From Macrostomum lignano (taxonomy: Eukaryota), in NCBI GenBank assembly GCA_002269645.1, contig NIVC01000126.1, forward strand, positions 558,001 to 622,000: a DNA stretch of 64,000 nucleotides, given 5' to 3'. Numbering within the stretch: position 1 is the stretch's first letter; each line of letters opens with the position of its first letter. Below, in pieces: positions 37,471-49,187 of this stretch. The position numbers were made by a program, and so were the translations under genes. The notes under the pieces are model-generated. The model did not search any database and had not been told where the DNA came from. It saw only the letters and a list, made by a program, of their open reading frames with translations.

Positions 37471-38221
37471 CTGCCTGTCGCAGACAAAGTGATTTCACAT
37501 CATCTATATAAAACATAAGTAGCTAGAAGGCAATGAGGGGGCACATAGCAATGATGCGTGGGCGTTCCTATTGTGAGATAGCTGACGTCAATGCTTGCTA
37601 GCGATCTGTATTGTTTTCTACTCACCAGGCATATCCTCAGTCTGTAGCTGAAGCTTCTTTCTATTCAAGTGCATACTTTTATTGTCATCTTTAAAAACCC
37701 TAAATTGAGCTATAGAATCAATACCGGTATTCTGTGCTAAAGTTGAAATATGATTTAAGAAAGTGCATTGTGAGACACCAAATAACTAGAGCCAAACGGG
37801 ATCGGGAAAGAGTAGACTAATCAATTTTACTTAATCTGCTGCTCAATCAGTTATTATATATCAGGGCCTTACAAGTAGTTGCCAAGGCTATACAGCTCAT
37901 ATGTATAATACTTGCACAGGTAGTGTAGTATGCCCATGGCTTATTGTAAGCGGCGGACTTATTGTTCAAAGTTTTTTTATTAAATAATTCATCTCTACCG
38001 GCTCTGGCTAGGCCCATTGTGGCAGTCTGCACGGCCCACGCTGGGGAACAATGGGGCACAGCTGAAGCAGTGTCGGCAGGGCTGGGGGAGCAGACGTGAC
38101 TGCATGCCTTTTATTTGAAGTTGAAGATCCGGTGTCTGTATAGTGGCCGCCAGATGGGGGAAGTGAGGCGCTACTATACGTGATGCCCTACAATAGTAAT
38201 AGTGCTTCAAAATCACTCCAT

Positions 38222-38300
38222 AGCAACCGCCGACTCCCCTGAGCAGGCACACAAGCGCGCGGATACGTACGCAGTCATACGCACATGCGCACTGCACTTG
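38222..38300 (+). mobile_element. Partial copy of the short dispersed repeat
   Basis: CCGCCGACTCCCCTGAGCAGGCACACAAGCGCGCGGAT.CGTACGCAGTCA matches 17657-17710. Confidence 0.7.
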
Positions 38301-38694
38301 GAATCGAGCCTTGGCCGCCACCTGGTCATAGTGCTGAGGGTACAAGAGCACAATTCAATAGTTGCATTCGCCTGCACTACTCACTAGTAGGTCCAGTATT
38401 ATACCCACTCATTGCTTAACTTCATTGGCCTATATGCGGCCCTAAATTATATCTAACCAATCCCATGCCCCTCACTAGAGTCTGTACCAGTTGGACCATA
38501 AAACTGCTTGCCAAAGATTCACTGAAACAATGAGCAGCCTGCTGCACCGACTTGAGCCTCTGAACCCAGATATTGGCGCTTGTTGTTCAATTGGGGAAAT
38601 TCGATCGTTTAGGAGAATTTTCACACGGGTAAGCAATATACTTTACCATTTTGTGCAGTAATTATATGAGCTACCTCTGACAATGAGAGATTGT

Positions 38695-39075
38695 GGCCTC
38701 CCCTCTGTCACAGCAATGAGATGCCATTCTTACAGTAGTGACTCCCCTCTGTCACACAGCAGTGAGATGCCATTCTTACAGTAGTGACTCCCCTCTGTCA
38801 CACAGCAGTGAGATGCCATTCTTACAGTAGTGACTCCCCTCTGTCACACAGCAGTGAGATGCCATTCTTACAGTAGTGACTCCCCTCTGTCACACAGTAG
38901 TGAGATGCCATTCTTAGTGACTCCCCTCTGTCACACAGCAGTGAGATGCCATTCTTAGTGACTCCCCTCTGTCACACAGCAGTGAGATGCCATTCTTACA
39001 GTAGTGACTCCCCTCTGTCACACAGCAGTGAGATGCCATTCTTAAAGTAGTGACTCCCTCCCCTCTGTCACATGA
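38695..39075. repeat. 46-bp tandem repeat, ~8 copies, each with a GTGAC...GTCAC mini-hairpin
   Basis: GTGACTCCCCTCTGTCACACAGCAGTGAGATGCCATTCTTACAGTA, period 46 (38738/38784). Confidence 0.93.
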
Positions 39076-39383
39076 GTGGTCTATTGTCTCGGAAAGAAAT
39101 TTTAGAGCTGTTTTGAACTAACTTTTCCGTTTGATAGCAGCGAGTATAAAGAAGCCCAGCTCACTGCTGCTTACTCAAGTGATGTTTGATCTTGTCAATA
39201 TCAGAGCGAGTACTGAATTCTGTCAGTCAGTTTAAACTGTCAGCCCCTGGGTTTAGTCGTCTGTTTATTCAAATGTCAATTGTTGACGGCGTGGTTTAAC
39301 TACAGCTTCTATATTTTCTTATATTTTCAATCTTTTTCTTTTTTGTCTACAAATCTATCTACCTACCTTAAATACCTACAATC

Positions 39384-39962
39384 CAGGGGTCGGCAAACTG
39401 CGGCCCGCGGGTCACATGCGGCCCCTTGAAGCCTCTCTATCCGGCCCTCGGGTCCTCTGAAAGTTCACAATAGCAATCCGGACCGCTCAATGTTTGTGTC
39501 TTCTCTCAGCTCTATCCCTTCTCTCCTCTCTCCTCTCTCTCCCCTCTACTCTCTCCCCTCTCCTCTCCCCTCTACTCTCTCCCCTCTCCTCTCCCCTCTC
39601 TTCTCTCCCCTCTCCTCTCCCCTCTCTTCTCTCCCCTCTCCCTTCCCTCTACTCTCTCCCCTCTCCTCTCCCCTCTACTCTCTCCCCTCTCCTCTCCCCT
39701 CTACTCTCTCCCCTCTCCTCTCCCCTCTACTCTCTCCCCTCTCCTCTCCCCTCTCTTCTCTCCCCTCTCCTTTCCCCTCTCTTCTCTCCCCTCTACTCTC
39801 TCCCCCTCTCTCCCCTCTCCCCCTCTCCCTTCTCTTCCCACTCTCGTCTTCTCTCCTCTTCTCTCATTTATTCTCTCCCCTTTCCACTCTCATATTACCA
39901 GCAGCCATGTGCTGGATTTTTTTATCCGACCCTTGAGGTAAAAAAAGGATTGCCGACCCCTG
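39384..39962 (+). mobile_element. hAT/Charlie-like MITE with an internal CT-rich tract
   Basis: TIRs CAGGGGTCGGCAA ... TTGCCGACCCCTG. Copies lacking the left TIR start at 49201 and 58075. No clean TSD. Confidence 0.8.
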
Positions 39963-40784
39963 ACCTGCATGTTTTTCTATTAATGTTTACCCTCTAATCT
40001 GCTTTAAAACGTTACCTAGCTTCCTAAATGTCCTTATATTTACCTTACTAATTATTTAAATACTCTACCTACCTACCTAGTTACCTCCTGTCTACCCACA
40101 TAGTTATCTAACTACCAGAGTATCGAGTTACCTATCTATCTGACATACCTTGGTTACCTGGCTACTTTAGCTCGTACTAATCTATCTACCTAACTAATCT
40201 ACCTACCTATCTACTAATCTACCTATCAATCAATCTACGCACCCACAAATCTACCTACCTACCTACTAATTTACCTACCAATCAATCTATGTATATGTAC
40301 CAACTGATCTACCTACCTATCTTCCAATCCACCTACCAATCTATTTACCTACACTCAAGGGATCCACCTACCTACCTACCTGGTAGTTAATTTTTCTTTC
40401 TAACATTTCTTAATCCTCATCCATCAAATCCCGTCCCTTCGAGTCCCAGCTCCCTGTTCCCCATCATTAATGCTAATTAACCACTACTCCACTCGCATCC
40501 TTTCCCACCCCGCTGGTAGGCAGCGGGGGTCCCGGACTTTCTCTCCTCTCCCATTCTCACCCCTCCTCTCAAATCCTTCCTTTGTTTTCATAGCTTCATT
40601 TTTTGAGCCTATCTGCCTGTCTGTCTGTTTGCACAAGTGTCCTTTCCCATCCACTTTCCCCGCGGGTGACTGACACAAACTCACTCACGGGATTTCCATA
40701 GCTACACTGAGGAAAAAAGTATGCATATCTCCTATATCGACTCCCTTTCTACCGTGACAGGACTGGCTAGCCAAGAAGATCGGA

Positions 40785-43700
40785 ATGGTTGCTGCCCCCG
40801 TTGCTAGGCAGTTGCTATCCGTTGCAGCGGCAATTCTCATTGTCCAATTGTCCGCTGCATCCCCGACAACGGGTATTGCAGCTTCATCAACGAAAAGCCA
40901 TGGCTGCTCGGATGTATCTGGTAGAACTGCTCGTCTCAATTCAATGGTTTTAGCTAGCGAGTGTAAGTGCCTCTGAGTATTGGCTGCTTGTGTCTGAGAA
41001 TGTTCTCAATGTTTGTATTATGGACTCTGGAATGCTGTTTGAGTTCTATATGTTATTGCTTTTGGGAGCATTGATGTTCTTATACAGTTATCTGAAATCT
41101 TGCAATGCCAGGTGCTATGATGCTCATTCTAGATAGTCATTCTAGATGGCCACTCCAGATCGTCACTTCAGATGGTCACTCTACGAGTAGATGGTCACTC
41201 CAGATGGTCACTCCAGATGGTCACTCCAGATGGTCACTCCAGATGGTCACTCTAGATGGCCACTCCAGATGGTCACTCAAGTAGATGATCACTCCAGACA
41301 GTCACTCTAGTATCACTCCAGGTGGTCACAATAGATAGTCACACTAGATAGTTACTCAAGTAGATGGTGACTCGAGGTCGAGTAAATGATCACTCCAGAC
41401 AGTCACTCTAGTATCACTCCAGGTGGTCACAATAGATAGTCACACCAGATAGTTACTCAAGTAGATGGTGACTCGAGGTCGAGTAAATGATCACTCCAGA
41501 TCAGTCACTCCAGATCAATCACACCAAAGAGTCACTCCATCCGTTCCACCGTTAACTTTGTTCGCATTCGCAGATGTGGGCGGTTCCCTGATGCCCTACA
41601 CCAGAGCCACCGTGACCATAGACGGTGTGCCGGGACTGCACCAGGGCACAGGTCCAGAATTTGTCGGATCAACAGAGCAGCTGACTGGAGACAAAGCTGC
41701 AGGCTCCGATGCTTTCCCACTGTTACTGAATCTCTCGGGTCTGAGATGCCTGTGCACTTACAGTTCTGATGGAGCTTTTAGCAACTGTTCCGAGTAAGTA
41801 GCGAGATGAAGGGACAGAGATGAAGGGACAGGAGATGAAGGGACAAAGATAAAGGGACAAAGATGAAGGGACAAAGATAAAGGGACAAAGATGAAGGGAC
41901 AAAGATAAAGGGACAAAGATGAAGGGACAAAGATAAAGGGACAAAGATGAAGGGACAAAGATAAAGGGACAAAGATGAAGGGACAAAGATAAAGGGACAA
42001 AGATGAAGGGACAAAGATAAAGGGACAAAGATGAAGGGACAAAGATAAAGGGACAAAGATGAAGGGACAAAGATGAAGGGATAAAGATAAAGGGACAAAG
42101 ATGAAGGGACAAAGATAAAGGGACAAAGATAAAGGGACAAAGATGAAGGGACAAAGATGAAGGGACAAAGATAAAGGGACAAAGATGAAGGGACAAAGAT
42201 AAAGGGACAAAGATAAAGGGACAAAGATGAAGGGACAAAGATAAAGGGACAAAGATAAAGGGACAAAGATGAAGGGACAAAGATAAAGGGACAAAGATGA
42301 AGGGACAAAGATAAAGGGACAAAAATGAAGGGACAAAGATAAAGGGACAAAGATGAAGGGACAAAGATAAAGGGACAAAGATGAAGGGACAAAGATAAAG
42401 GGACAAAGATGAAGGGACAAAGATAAAGGGACAAAGATGAAGGGACAAAGATAAAGGGACAAAGATGAAGGGACAAAGATGAAGGGACAGGAGATGAAGG
42501 GACAAAGATAAAGGGACAAAGATAAAGGGACAAAGATAAAGGGACAAAGATGAAGGGACAAAGATAAAGGGACAAGAGAGGAAGGGACGAAGATAAAGGG
42601 ACAAAGATGAAGGGACAAAGATAAAGGGACAAAGATGAAGGGACAAAGATAAAGGGACAAAGATGAAGGGACAAAGATGAAGGGACAGGAGATGAAGGGA
42701 CAAAGATAAAGGGACAAAGATGAAGGGACAAAGATAAAGGGACAAAGATGAAGGGACAAAGATAAAGGGACAAGAGAGGAAGGGACAAAGATAAAGAGAC
42801 AGATAGGTGGGGACAGAGATGAAGGGACGAAATATAAAGGGACAAAGATAAAGGGACAAAGATAAAGGGACGAAAGATAATGAGACAAAAATGAAGGGAC
42901 AAAGATGAAGGGACGAAATATAAAGAGACAGATAGGTGGGGACAAAGATGAAGGGACGAAAGATATAGGGACAGAGATGAAGGCACAGAGATGAAGGGAC
43001 ATGCTTTAACTTGCAAGAAATTGGACGAACTAAATTGCAGTTTGTCAACTCCGGAACCGCCTTGGCCAGCCGCTGACAATTGTCAGTGGCATCTGACAAG
43101 CGGCGGTCAGCTAGTTGAAACTGACATCTCTAACCAAAATTTCACCTGCTTGGATCGGGCGACAACGTCCGTGAGCAATCCGGATCAGTTTTGGCCGAAA
43201 GTTTCGTCGGTCAACAATGATTTTGGATTCGACGACACTCTGTTTATAAAGTACAGCTACTCCGCTGTGCAGTGTAAGATCGTCAATGAGTCTGTTTTGC
43301 TTCTATATCGAGTCAGTAAGCTTGGAGATCTAGTGATTAGGGTTGGAGATCTAGTGATTAGGGTTGGAGATCTAGTCATTAGGGTTGGAGATCTAGTCAT
43401 TAGGGTTGGAGATCTAGTGATTAGGGTTGGAGATCTAGTGATTAGGGTTGGAGATCTAGTGATTAGGGTTGGAGATCTAGTCATTAGGGTTGGAGATCTA
43501 GTGATTAGGGTTGGAGATCTAGTCATTAGGGTTGGAGATCTAGTGATTAGGGTTGGAGATCTAGTCATTAGGGTTGGAGATCTAGTGATTAGGGTTGGAG
43601 ATCTAGTGATTAGGGTTGGAGATCTAGTCATTAGGGTTGGAGATTTAGTCATTAGGGTTGGAGATCTAGTCAGTAAGTTTGGAGATCTAGTCATTAAGGT

Positions 43701-46700
43701 TGGAGATCTAGTCATTAAGATCAGAGATCTAGTCATTAAGGTTGGAGATCTAGTCATTGGGGTTGGAGATCTAGTCAGTAAGTTTGGAGATCTAGTCAGT
43801 AAGCTTGGAGATCTAGTGATTAGGGTTGGAGATCTAGTCATTAGGGTTGGAGATCTAGTGATTAGGGTTGGAGATCTAGTCATTAGGGTTGGAGATCTAG
43901 TGATTAGGGTTGGAGATCTAGTGATTGGGGTTGGAGATCTAGTGATAGGGTTGGAGATCTAGTGATTAGGGTTGGAGATCTAGTCATTAGGGTTGGAGAT
44001 CTAGTGATTAGGGTTGGAGATCTAGTCATTAGGGTTGGAGATCTAGTGATTAGGGTTGGAGATCTAGTCATTAGGGTTGGAGATCTAGTGATTAGGGTTG
44101 GAGATCTAGTGATTAGGGTTGGAGATCTAGTCATTAGGGTTGGAGATTTAGTCATTAGGGTTGGAGATCTAGTCAGTAAGTTTGGAGATCTAGTCATTAA
44201 GGTTGGAGATCTAGTCATTAAGATCAGAGATCTAGTCATTAAGGTTGGAGATCTAGTCATTGGGGTTGGAGATCTAGTCAGTAAGTTTGGAGATCTAGTC
44301 ATTAAGATCAGAGATCTAGTCATTAAGGTTGGTGATCTAGTCATTGGGGTTGGAGATCTAGTCATTGGGGTTGGAGATCTAGTCATTGGGGTTGGAGATC
44401 TAGTCATTGGGGTTGGAGATCTAGTCATTGGGGTTGGAGATCTAGTCATTGGGGTTGGAGATCTAGTCATTGGGGTTGGAGATCTAGTCATTGGGGTTGG
44501 AGATCTAGTCATTAGGGTTAGAGATCTAGTCATTGGGGTTGGAGAACTAGTCATTAAGGTTGGAGATCTAGTCATTGGGGTTGGAGATCTAGTCATTAGG
44601 GTTAGAGATCTAGTCATTGGGGTTGGAGATCTAGTCATTGGGGTTGGAGAACTAGTCATTGGGGTTGGAGATCTAGTCATTGGGGTTGGAGATCTAGTCA
44701 TTGGGGTTGGAGATCTAGTCATTGGGGTTGGAGATCTAGTTAGTAAGAGCATAATTATTATATAATAAGTCTCATAAGTTATCTCCGGCATCAAGTAAGT
44801 GAACGAAGACAGCTTGTCAGTACTAGCAAAGATTAATATATTTATCATTCATATTTTTCTACAGACTTCAATGGCAGCCGTCATTTGGCATTCCTAGCCG
44901 ACGCTATCATCAATAGTCTATGGCCTGTCCGTATCAGCGTCCTGCGCCAACAGAGCGAAGGGGAGAGAGGCGGAAGCGGCGGCCAGGGGCGAGTGCTGAT
45001 CTATAGGAAATATTTTGGCTGGTCAGGGCACTGCCTACACGAGTGTCGGGCTGTGTACCGGGCGGGCTCCAGCTACCGGACTGTGGAGCAGAGTTGCACC
45101 GAGTAAGCGAAAGTGACAGATCGTGTGGAGAGAAGATGGCTGACAGATTAGAATTGAGTATAAGTGTGACAGATAGATTAGAAGTGAGAATAAGTGTGAC
45201 AGATAGATTAGAAGTGAGAATATTACGTGAAAGACAGGTTAGAAGTGAGAATATTACGTGAAAGACAGATTAGAGTGAGAATAAGTGTGACAGACAGATT
45301 AGAAGTGAGAATATTACGTGAAAGACAGATTAGAGTGAGAATAAGTGTGAAAGACAGATTAGGAGTGAGAATAAGTGTGACAGACAGATTAGGAGTGAGA
45401 ATAAGTGTGAAAGACAGATTAGGAGTGAGTATAAATGTGACAGATAGATTAGGAGTGAGAATAAGTGTGACAGACAGATTAGGAGTGAGAATAAGTGTGA
45501 AAGACAGATTAGAGTGAGAATAAGTGTGAAAGACAGATTAGGAGTGAGAATAAGTGTGACAGACAGATTAGGAGTGAGAATAAGTGTGACAGACATATTA
45601 GGAGTGAGAATAAGTGTGACAGACATATTAGGAGTGAGAATAAGTGTGACAGACAGATTAGGAGTGAGAATAAGTGTGAAAGACAGATTAGGAGTGAGAA
45701 TAAGTGTGACAGACAGATTAGAAGTGAGAATATTACGTGAAAGACAGATTAGAGTGAGAATAAGTGTGAAAGACAGATTAGGAGTGAGAATAAGTGTGAC
45801 AGACAGATTAGGAGTGAGAATAAGTGTGACAGACAGATTAGGAGTGAGAATAAGTGTGACAGACATATTAGGAGTGAGAATAAGTGTGACAGACAGATTA
45901 GGAGTGAGAATAAGTGTGACAGACAGATTAGAATTGAGAATAAGTGTGACAGACAGATTAGGAGTGAGTATAAATGTGACAGATAGATTAGGAGTGAGAA
46001 TAAGTGTGACAGACAGATTAGGAGTGAGAATAAGTGTGAAAGACAGATTAGGAGTGAGTATACGTGTGACAGACAGATTAGAAGTGAGAATAAGTGTGAA
46101 AGACAGATTAGGAGTGAGAATAAGTGTGACAGACAGATTAGGAGTGAGAATAAGTGTGACAGACATATTAGGAGTGAGAATAAGTGTGACAGACAGATTA
46201 GGAGTGAGAATAAGTGTGAAAGACAGATTAGGAGTGAGAATAAGTGTGACAGACAGATTAGGAGTGAGAATAAGTGTGACAGACAGATTAGAATTGAGAA
46301 TAAGTGTGACAGACAGATTAGGAGTGAGTATAAATGTGACAGATAGATTAGGAGTGAGAATAAGTGTGACAGACAGATTAGGAGTGAGAATAAGTGTGAA
46401 AGACAGATTAGGAGTGAGTATACGTGTGACAGACAGATTAGAAGTGAGAATAAGTGTGACAGACAGATTAGGAGTGAGAATAAGTGTGACAGAGAGATTA
46501 GGAGTGAGTATAAATGTGACAGATAGATTAGGAGTGAGAATAAGTGACAGGCAGATTGGGAGTAAGAACCGGCGTATGTATCTGATGCACATATTCACAG
46601 ACTTCAACAACTGACACCTGTCTAATTCAGGCTGGTCAGCGCTCAGACTGAAGCTCATACCGCATCTGAGTGCGTCTGGACATTCGCAGTGGACTGCAAG

Positions 46701-47620
46701 CCGGTGCTGGTGAGGGCTGACAATAGAAGCTTGGCCTGTACGAACCGGCAGAATAAAGAAGATGAGTCTACTGATTTAGCTGGGACCAGGTGAGTTCTGT
46801 GGGAGATGAGTGAGTGAAGGGGTGAGATTAGAGAAGGGAGAGGGGGATTAGAGAGGGGAGAGGGGTGAGATTAGAGAGGGGTGAGGGAGTGAGATTAGAG
46901 AAGGGAGAGGGATGGAAATTAGAGAAGGGAGCTCAGGGAGTGAGATTAGAGAAGGAGGACAAAGGGAGATCAGAGAAGGGAGAGGTAAGAGAGGGAGATT
47001 AGAGAAGGTAGAGGTGAGAGAGGGAGAGGTAAGAGAGGGAGATTAGAGAATGGAGAGGTGAGAAATTGAGATTAGAGAAGGAAGAGAGGAGAGAGATTAG
47101 AGAAGGGAGAGGTGAGAGAGGGAGATTAGAGAAGGGAGAGGTGAGAGAGGGAGATTAGAGAAGTGAGAGTTGAGAAGGGAGATTAGAGAAGTGAGAGGTG
47201 AGAGAGGGAGATTAGAAAACGGAGAGGTGAGAGAGGGAGATTAGACAGGAGAATGCACACCCTGCAGATTCTCAGAGAGCACATTGCACACTTCTTTCGT
47301 TAAACCGCAAATTCTCAAATTTAAAAACAAACTTCAGCCCTGCAAATCCTACAACTTCAACCGCGTACATGGAACCTGAGACTTCAACTGCGAGCATTGA
47401 GGCCACTGCTCACTGGCCAGACGACAATGTCACCGACTTTGTCACACCTTCACCGAGTTCTGATTGGTCGAACGAGACTCAATGCTACATTAAGCTGAGA
47501 CTTTTTGGCGGTGGAACAGCGCTGTCCCCAAACTTGCAGCTTCTTTTCATCAGCAAAATCTTAGTTGCCATGCTTGCTGTGTACGAATATAACTTGTTTA
47601 TTGATTTTGCTTTCATTTGA
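40785..47620 (+). CDS. Unrecognised secreted/GPI- or membrane-anchored Cys-rich glycoprotein, copy 1 (450 aa)
   Basis: Exons 40785-40962, 41574-41793, 43041-43315, 44865-45102, 46631-46789, 47338-47620 (1353 nt, all GT-AG, phases 1/2/1/2/2). Signal peptide MVAAPVARQLLSVAAAILIVQLSAA, 14 Cys, 8 N-glycosylation sequons, S/T/P-rich stalk, hydrophobic C-terminus. Confidence 0.85.
41145..41520. repeat. 13-bp GGTCACTCCAGAT repeat, intron 1 (also ~51040-51420, ~59920-60300, ~62890-63260)
   Basis: Period 13 (41221/41234), followed by longer degenerate units. Confidence 0.9.
41803..43000. repeat. 14-bp GAT(G/A)AAGGGACAAA minisatellite, intron 2 (1.2 kb here, ~0.35 kb in copies 2-4)
   Basis: Period 14 (41881/41895). 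Confidence 0.96.
43316..44745. repeat. 21-bp minisatellite containing TTAGGG (AGGGTTGGAGATCTAGTGATT), intron 3 (also ~52367-53925 and ~61240-61828)
   Basis: Period 21. The first unit overlaps the exon 3 donor. TTGGGG variants dominate the 3' half. Confidence 0.97.
45140..46550. repeat. 30-bp minisatellite (GTGAGAATAAGTGTGACAGACAGATTAGGA), intron 4 (also ~54320-55425)
   Basis: Period 30. Source of the VRISVTDRLG ORFs. Confidence 0.96.
46810..47250. repeat. GA-rich purine tract, intron 5 (also ~55685-56125)
   Basis: GAGATTAGAGAAGGGAGAGGT-like units. Confidence 0.88.
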
Positions 47621-48084
47621 GCACCTGGCCATTTCTAGGAAACTTTAACGTTGTGCGCAGTCTTTCATCCTGAAATACCATTGATTGAGGCTTCTCAAAA
47701 ATGTTATGATTGTGTAACATCGTAAAATATATTTAGTCTACAAGTGTTTTGGTGAAATTCCATATGCCCTAAAAACTGCTTCCCAAAAATTAGATCTGTT
47801 ACACCTATTTTTCCTGACTCGCTTAACTTTTCTCCGAATTTGAATCCATGCGAAAATTTGGAAAGTTTTAACTTTCGTTTAATTAAATAAACAAATAAAA
47901 CAAATAATTTAAATAATTAAATAAACAAACTGCGCAATTATTTGAATGTTTTTACAGTAAAATTTATCATTAATGATTTAAACAGACGAGCTACTATAAG
48001 TAGAAATAAACAAAAAACTTACTTTAGGTGCATTTTTAAAAGGTGCTCATTTTAGATGGTTTTCGATGATTCTGGCTAATGTCA

Positions 48085-48330
48085 GATGATGCCGGATGAT
48101 GCTGGGTGATGCTGGGTGATGCTGGATCATGACGGATGATGCCGGATGATGCTGGGTGATGCTGGATTATGACGGATGATGCTGGGTGATGCCGGATGAT
48201 GCTTCGTGATGCTGGATGATGCCGGATGATGCTGGGTGATGCCGGATAATGCTGGGTGATGCCAGATGATGCTGGTTGATGCTGAATGATGCTGTGTAAT
48301 GCTGAATGATGCTGGGTGATGCTGGGTGAT
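48085..48330. repeat. 10-bp TGATGCTGGG repeat (also ~56960-57205)
   Basis: Period 10. Confidence 0.88.
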
Positions 48331-48789
48331 GCTAGATAATCTGATATTTAAAGAAAACATCTGGTTCATTATATGATGCAATAAAAGCTACGCTTGAGAA
48401 CTGGAGGCTAAAAGAATAAATATTTTTTATGCCCTATTTTTCGAAAATTGTTGACAAGCCAGGTAATAAGTTTTTTTCGTACTATTATCTTCCTTGAACT
48501 TGAGCTGGAAAAGGTCAACATATTCGTGTCACTGCTCCATCAAAATCGTGCTCAAGAGGTGAGCACAAAAGCTAGGAACACTCCAAGCTAGGTTAGTTGA
48601 AACCGTATTGAGTGCATTTTGTTGTTTTATGGGCCGAGCATTTCTATAAAAACCGCCTACGCTGGTAGGCTGACCTTTGAGCTGGACTTTCGCGCGAATG
48701 CTTTCAGTCAAGTGCTTCAGAATGCTTCAGGCATGAAGGGTCAAGTTTAGGAAAAAGTTATTTCTATTGGCTGTTGCTGAGGGGATGCC

Positions 48790-49187
48790 CTTTGGGGGCG
48801 CTTTGGGTGGCGCCTTGGGTAGCGCTTTTAGTGGCGCTCTGGGGGCGCTTTTAGTGGCGCTTTGGGTGGCGCTTTGGGTGGCGCTTTAGGTGGCCCCTTG
48901 TGGGTGCTTTTGTGGTGCTTTGGGTGGCGCTTTGGGTGGCGCTCTGGGGGGGGGCGCTTTGGGGGGCGCTTTGGGTGGCGCTTTGGGTGACGCTTTGGGT
49001 GGCGCTCTGGGGGGCGCTTTGGGTGGCGCTTTGGGTGACGCTTTGGATGGCGCTCTGGGGGGGCGCTTTGGGTGGCGCTTTGGGTGACGCTTTGGGTGGC
49101 GCTCTGGGGGGCACTTTGGGTGGCGCTCTGGGGGGCGCTTTGGGTGGCGCTTTGGGGGGCGCTTTGGGTGGCGCTTTGGGTGGAGCC
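48790..49187. repeat. 12-bp GGCGCTTTGGGT G-rich array (also ~57665-58061)
   Basis: Repeated GGCGCTTTGGG(T/G) units ending GGTGGAGCC. Confidence 0.9.

Noticed and set aside
36305-37518. Several 370-395-aa ORFs on both strands
   Set aside because: Translations of a TG/TCTG microsatellite.
39376-39970. TSD for the CAGGGG MITE
   Set aside because: Flanks CTACAATC and ACCTGCAT do not match, so none is claimed.
40484-40939. Minus-strand ORFs repeated in each duplication unit
   Set aside because: They overlap the signal-peptide exon and its upstream region in antisense, with no recognisable motifs.
43316-44745. Interstitial telomere
   Set aside because: TTAGGG occurs once per 21-bp unit and never as tandem hexamers.
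41723-46658. Long minus-strand ORFs (LCPFIFVP, MTRSPTL, LILTPNLSVT repeats) and equivalents in copies 2-4
   Set aside because: Antisense readings of intronic VNTRs.
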